The notes under the pieces are model-generated. The model had not been told where the DNA came from. It did not search any database and was given only the letters and a program-made list of their open reading frames with translations. A DNA stretch of 64,000 nucleotides from Macrostomum hystrix (taxonomy: Eukaryota > Animalia > Platyhelminthes): positions 5,146,001-5,210,000 of the forward strand of contig CATNEN010000002.1 of the NCBI GenBank assembly GCA_950097015.1. The letters are read 5' to 3'. Made by a program: the position numbers and the translations under genes. Of this stretch, positions 59,659 through 64,000 are shown in pieces (the stretch's first letter is position 1; each line of letters opens with the position of its first letter).

Positions 59659-59676
59659 TTTCTTCCCTAATAAAAA

Positions 59677-60084
59677 ATGCCGATTATTTTCGAAAAAGAC
59701 GTGGACAAATACTATGACAAGGAGGAACTTAATCTAATTAAGCGTGGATCTGGACTTTTCCCAGCAGGTCACTATCCTAGGAAAGAACGCTCAGGGAATG
59801 GTCTTGCTGACATGATTGCACAGGGTGCTCAGATCTTTAAAGTCATTAGTGAGAACAAAGATAATATTAAGAACGCGGCTGAATCAGTGGGAAGTGTTGT
59901 CACTGCGGCTAAAAAGATAAAGGATGCTGTAACAGAAAGTAGGCCTAAACAAGATATTCAGCCCCCATTGGCTCCGCTGGCTCCGCTGGCTCCTCTGGCC
60001 CCAAACCCAGACACTGTGGACCCTGCAATCTATGAGAAGATGAGAGCTAGCATTAAAAAAGGAAGTGGTTTCAAATTCGAATAG
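59677..60084 (+). CDS. Small putative virion core or membrane-lytic protein
   Basis: GSGL, GNGL and GSGF motifs flank an amphipathic helix (LADMIAQGAQIFKVI). Confidence 0.5.
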   Translation: MPIIFEKDVDKYYDKEELNLIKRGSGLFPAGHYPRKERSGNGLADMIAQGAQIFKVISENKDNIKNAAESVGSVVTAAKKIKDAVTESRPKQDIQPPLAPLAPLAPLAPNPDTVDPAIYEKMRASIKKGSGFKFE

Positions 60085-60129
60085 GGTACTAGGGTACTTT
60101 CCGAGGGTACAAGACATGTAAGGGTACAA

Positions 60130-60290
60130 GACTAGTCCCAAAAAGACACATCTAAGTCCCAAATAGACACATCTAAGTCCCAAAAAGACACATCTAAGTC
60201 CCAAAAAGACACATCTAAGTCCCAAAAAGACACATCTAAGTCCCAAATAGACACATCTAAGTCCTAGACACATCTAAGTCCTAGACACAT
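60130..60290. repeat. 21-bp tandem repeat (AGACACATCTAAGTCCCAAAA)n inside the Polinton
   Basis: About 7 units, intergenic. Confidence 0.92.
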
Positions 60291-60336
60291 CTTATAAATG
60301 ATTTACTCTTTTTTAATTTTTTTTCATCATAGAAAA

Positions 60337-61137
60337 ATGGACTTTTCAAACGACTTCAATCCTCACTGGACACGTAATCAGATTAAGTTTTCTCATCATG
60401 AGTCAATCCCGGGTCACTTCAGATGCATTGTTGTTGGTTCATCAGGTTCAGGCAAAACATTCAGAGTCTTTAACATGCTTCTTAGACCTGGTTTTATCGA
60501 TTATGACACTCTGCACATCTACTCTCCCACCCTGTATCAAGATGAGTATAAAATGTTGATCTCTGGACTGCAAAACAGACTGCACAAAGAGCACATTATT
60601 CAATGTTTTAATAACCAAAAGAGCCTTCCCAGTAACCCAGAAATTGTAGCTGCCGAATATGCAAAGTACCTCAAAGACAATGAAAAATGGCAGAACATTA
60701 AAGTGTTCACATACGGAGATCCGCAGGTTGATCCTAAGACCAAACTTCTACCCCAACCAGATGAGCTAGAAAAGGGGAGAAAACATTTGATTGTCTTTGA
60801 TGATTGCATGACAGGCCCACAGAAGCAGATAGAAAACTATTTTACAAGAGGACGGCACAACAATTGTAACGTGATTTACATTGCCCAGAACTGGTTCGAG
60901 CTCCCGAACAAAACAATTCGTGGGAACTGCAATCTGATCCTCCTGTTTCCAACAATTCCACAGGACAGGCTAAAAAGATTTTACAATGAGGTCATTGCGC
61001 CTGCCCATTTTGTAAATCCAACAAAAAACTCCAACAGAAAGATTTCACAGGAGGAATTCGTTAATCTTTGCTATGAAAAGTGGAATCAACCTTACCAGTT
61101 TGTGATGATCAACAAAGAAAAAAAAACTGTAATTTAA
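60337..61137 (+). CDS. A32/FtsK-like genome packaging ATPase
   Basis: Walker A GSSGSGKT, Walker B LIVFDD, RGRHNN arginine finger. Confidence 0.92.
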   Translation: MDFSNDFNPHWTRNQIKFSHHESIPGHFRCIVVGSSGSGKTFRVFNMLLRPGFIDYDTLHIYSPTLYQDEYKMLISGLQNRLHKEHIIQCFNNQKSLPSNPEIVAAEYAKYLKDNEKWQNIKVFTYGDPQVDPKTKLLPQPDELEKGRKHLIVFDDCMTGPQKQIENYFTRGRHNNCNVIYIAQNWFELPNKTIRGNCNLILLFPTIPQDRLKRFYNEVIAPAHFVNPTKNSNRKISQEEFVNLCYEKWNQPYQFVMINKEKKTVI

Positions 61138-61165
61138 ATTAATTTAAATTTTGTTATTAAAAAAA

Positions 61166-61894
61166 ATGTCTATTAATTTTGCAGGTGAATCGTTGGATCG
61201 CGGAAGCACACTCACTAGTGCTCAAGTTTCTTACCTTGACAGGCGTTATATAAATGTTGACGAAAAAATTCCAGAAATCAAACTCAATAAAGATCGCTTG
61301 AAAGCCCTAGAGCGGGCAACACACCAACAACAAATAAACATGGAAGACCTGCGGTTGAGCGTAGCAAAACGGAAGGAAGAGATTGACATACTATATGTAC
61401 AGTTTGTTCATGATCGGGATACTCTTGTTGCAGCGATACCCACTCTGAGATCAGACATCGCCACTCTAAGATCAGACATCGCCACTCTGAGAACTACCAT
61501 TAATAATCGAGCAAACTTGGTGGAAGAAAGAGTAGCAGAAAATTCAAATAAAGTTCGAAATTTAGAAGCCTTTATGCTAAGATCAAGCACTGTGCATGAT
61601 AGATTGAGTTCGCGACTCACAGCAGCAGAGTCAGATATAACAACTCTTCAGAGACTAGCAAATGAAACAAAGGAAACACTAAGAACCATGGGGCTAAACG
61701 TAACAAGACACACTGAGTATTTGAATAGGATATACAACGACTGGGGGAAAACGAAAAGAAGACTCGGCCGACTAGAGAGACTGCACAATCTGCCAGACAT
61801 TGACATTGAAGAAGCAAGAGTATCTGATGGACCATCAGAAGAGGCATCAAGGGAGGCGGCAAGGCGTGCAACAGATTTGCGAGAAAGGTCATAA
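61166..61894 (+). CDS. Coiled-coil protein, putative fibre or spike
   Basis: MSINFAG N-terminus, long heptad pattern with TLRSDIA repeats. Confidence 0.5.
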   Translation: MSINFAGESLDRGSTLTSAQVSYLDRRYINVDEKIPEIKLNKDRLKALERATHQQQINMEDLRLSVAKRKEEIDILYVQFVHDRDTLVAAIPTLRSDIATLRSDIATLRTTINNRANLVEERVAENSNKVRNLEAFMLRSSTVHDRLSSRLTAAESDITTLQRLANETKETLRTMGLNVTRHTEYLNRIYNDWGKTKRRLGRLERLHNLPDIDIEEARVSDGPSEEASREAARRATDLRERS

Positions 61895-61926
61895 AAAATT
61901 TATATAATTTTTTTTCGTTCAAAAAA

Positions 61927-62550
61927 ATGTCTGAAAAAATTAACTCTCTATATGAACCTAGTGCGCCTCCAAACAACCCAAGCCCACAACAACCCCTTTA
62001 CCCAACTTTCACTTGTAACTCGCAGCAATTCAGATTGGTGGAGATTCAAAAGATGCGAGATGATATTAAACGGCAAATTGATCATAATACCAAGAAACTG
62101 AAGCGCTATAATAGACAGTGCAAGGTCTTCGATTACCTTAATATGCTTCTTGGATCTGTATCTGTTCTATCGGGATCAGCAGCTGCTGTTTCAACACTTC
62201 CTGTAATCACTGTGCCAATCGCCATTCCACTCGGAGCTGCTGGTGCCACATGTGGTCTGATTTCAGCAGTTACAGGAGCACTATCACGGAACAGACGACA
62301 AAAGCTAAAGCATCTACATGCGAAGCAAACAAATGAGAAATCAGTACAGAACTCTATCATCGGGTACATCTCAAAGGCGATTGAAGACAAGTTCATTTCA
62401 GAGGATGAGTTTAAAAACATTCAAGACCTCTATGAGCAACGAGTTAGGCTTAATCTAAATACCATTGATGAAATGAGCCAGCTAAGAAATGATCTGGAGA
62501 ATGTGTTCAAACAGCATGTCGCGAAAGTAGCGAAAATGAACAAGACCTAA
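61927..62550 (+). CDS. Membrane protein with a hydrophobic hairpin and N-terminal PSAP / LYP motifs
   Basis: Two small-residue-rich hydrophobic segments between coiled coils; SKAIEDKFISEDEF motif. Confidence 0.7.
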   Translation: MSEKINSLYEPSAPPNNPSPQQPLYPTFTCNSQQFRLVEIQKMRDDIKRQIDHNTKKLKRYNRQCKVFDYLNMLLGSVSVLSGSAAAVSTLPVITVPIAIPLGAAGATCGLISAVTGALSRNRRQKLKHLHAKQTNEKSVQNSIIGYISKAIEDKFISEDEFKNIQDLYEQRVRLNLNTIDEMSQLRNDLENVFKQHVAKVAKMNKT

Positions 62551-62575
62551 CAGGACCTAACGGGACCTAAAAAAA

Positions 62576-62974
62576 TTATTTTTTCAGCCCTAAAATGATT
62601 TCTTTGTAACTTTTTCGGGTGCGGGTCATTGCATACAAAACAGTCATACATAGCTCGCCACAAATATCACTGTTAATACCCTGGAGTATAAAATCTGAGC
62701 GGTATATTTTATGTCTCATATGAGTCATATAATTTCTCAGTTGTTCGGGTACAGCAGTTCCATAGCTATCAAAGTAATAGTACTTGTGTTTACGGTTCGG
62801 ATCAATTACCCAACAAACCCAATGAGAACCTGGCTTTTCTGCAGGGTCAAAGTTCATGATTCCACATTCTTTTTCTAGTGGGGTTTCTGGCAGTGTATCC
62901 TTCATAAAGACGCCTCTGAAGTTTGGGATTTTTAATTGCTGAGCTAGCTCTTCTAAAAAAATATTGGTTGTCAT
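62576..62974 (-). CDS. Adenain-like cysteine (maturation) protease
   Basis: GSHWVCW (His), YFDSYG (Asp), LQGINSDICGELC (Gln, Cys). Confidence 0.92.
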   Translation of the reverse strand: MTTNIFLEELAQQLKIPNFRGVFMKDTLPETPLEKECGIMNFDPAEKPGSHWVCWVIDPNRKHKYYYFDSYGTAVPEQLRNYMTHMRHKIYRSDFILQGINSDICGELCMTVLYAMTRTRKSYKEIILGLKK

Positions 62975-63004
62975 TTTTTTACAAATTTTTTGTAACAAAT
63001 TTTG

Positions 63005-64000
63005 TTACAAATTATTTAATCTATAGTGTCCAAATGGTAGGCTGTTAATGTTGTCATCAAAGATATGTCGTTTGTTATCGGCACCTGAGAGGCCTATCTT
63101 CTTCTGTTGAATTGTGTGAATGTTGTGGTTCTTAGACTGCAGTTTCATAAATTCATGAGTAGTACTTTTATTATTGATCAATGCGTCCTTGTATGAAGCT
63201 TCATGGAGATCGTTTTTAACAACATGTTTTGGGATTCCTTTTGATTTTTTAATGGTAGACTTACAACTTTTTACAAAATAGGACTTTGCCCTCAAACCGA
63301 TAAACTCTGTAATGAGGGTGCCAGCCGTTTCATCCTTCATTTTTCCTACAACTTTTTGATTTCCAGTGTCGCGTACTTGATCACCTTTCAAAGTCTTGAA
63401 GGACTCTGGATATTCGGATAGGTCATACAGATGTTTTTGATTCAACATGTCCTGATAGACATCCTCAGTCTGTATGTTTAGAATTAGGGAGTCTGTGTCA
63501 GTATATAGAAGTTTCAGTTGTTCACCATATTGCCGCTTCATGTCATAGAAGAATTTATACATCAGACGCTTCGACTCATCGAGTACAGTCACACCTGTGA
63601 ATATCGGCTTGCATAGGGTAACTTTAGTCTTATAGAACAGTATGGCACCCAAGTAATCATTAAAGATATGAAGCTCTTTGAAAGTGGGCTTTGATAAACT
63701 TGTCTGAATAGTACCAGGCTCATAACAGGTAACGAGCTTCAGGTTCGTGCGGTTGCGTTCGTTTTCTAGGGTCTTGCCATAGACAGAGTTGTTTGCAAGC
63801 TTGAACAGGTCCTTGTCAAAGCTGTTTGTTGCTTTAGTTCTAAACTGGGTGTTTTTTTCTATGTATGGCTTCATCCACGCTTCTTCTGTGAATGCGAGAG
63901 CTCTGTGAACTTTCGTGACCCTACAGCCTAGGGAGATAAAATACCGCAACAGTTTGTAGTGGATTTTATAGCGTGTCTTGTTCATGAGATTTTGTGTTAA
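63005..64000 (-). CDS. Protein-primed family B DNA polymerase, C-terminal part
   Basis: KLANNSVYGK and YTDTDS motifs; the frame stays open to the window edge. Confidence 0.95.
   Translation of the reverse strand, partial: LTQNLMNKTRYKIHYKLLRYFISLGCRVTKVHRALAFTEEAWMKPYIEKNTQFRTKATNSFDKDLFKLANNSVYGKTLENERNRTNLKLVTCYEPGTIQTSLSKPTFKELHIFNDYLGAILFYKTKVTLCKPIFTGVTVLDESKRLMYKFFYDMKRQYGEQLKLLYTDTDSLILNIQTEDVYQDMLNQKHLYDLSEYPESFKTLKGDQVRDTGNQKVVGKMKDETAGTLITEFIGLRAKSYFVKSCKSTIKKSKGIPKHVVKNDLHEASYKDALINNKSTTHEFMKLQSKNHNIHTIQQKKIGLSGADNKRHIFDDNINSLPFGHYRLNNL

Larger units (their letters stand above)
55602..64000. mobile_element. Polinton/Maverick (adintovirus-like) endogenous virus, left part; right end beyond the window
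   Basis: Starts AGTAGT (Polinton-type terminus), followed by subterminal repeats (GGACAAAA..ATCGCAGCC, three times) and densely packed, intronless AT-rich ORFs for penton, MCP, ATPase, protease and pPolB. Confidence 0.92.

Overview
Eukaryotic (invertebrate animal) genomic DNA with GT-AG introns, GC-rich exons, minisatellite-filled introns and a very high transposon load. A flatworm-like host is my inference from style only. From left to right: (1) 1-11 kb holds ordinary genes: the last exon of a TSP1/Kunitz spondin-like gene, two exons of a PH-domain gene and a six-exon ROGDI. (2) 12.8-20.8 kb is a nested pile of retroelements: a Penelope-like element with a hammerhead ribozyme, two Ty3/Gypsy fragments and an RTE-like LINE. 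(3) 21-46 kb is a tandem array of five Notch-ligand-like genes with an N-terminal C2/MNNL-like domain and a shortened DSL-like domain. One carries EGF repeats and a Tyr-rich tail, two carry mucin stalks of different length, and two are pseudogenes. Their N-terminal domain is hypervariable while introns and the DSL segment are nearly identical. A full-length Ty3/Gypsy element with a cold-shock domain between Gag and protease splits the array. (4) 46-55.6 kb holds a LINE fragment, a hAT transposase with a coding VNTR and an Ngaro/DIRS tyrosine-recombinase retroelement. (5) 55.6-64 kb is the left part of an intact-looking Polinton/Maverick (adintovirus-like) endogenous virus with penton, major capsid, packaging ATPase, adenain protease, pPolB and accessory genes. 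Splice models and boundaries were read by eye. Single-base frameshifts in the transposons could be real decay or sequencing error.
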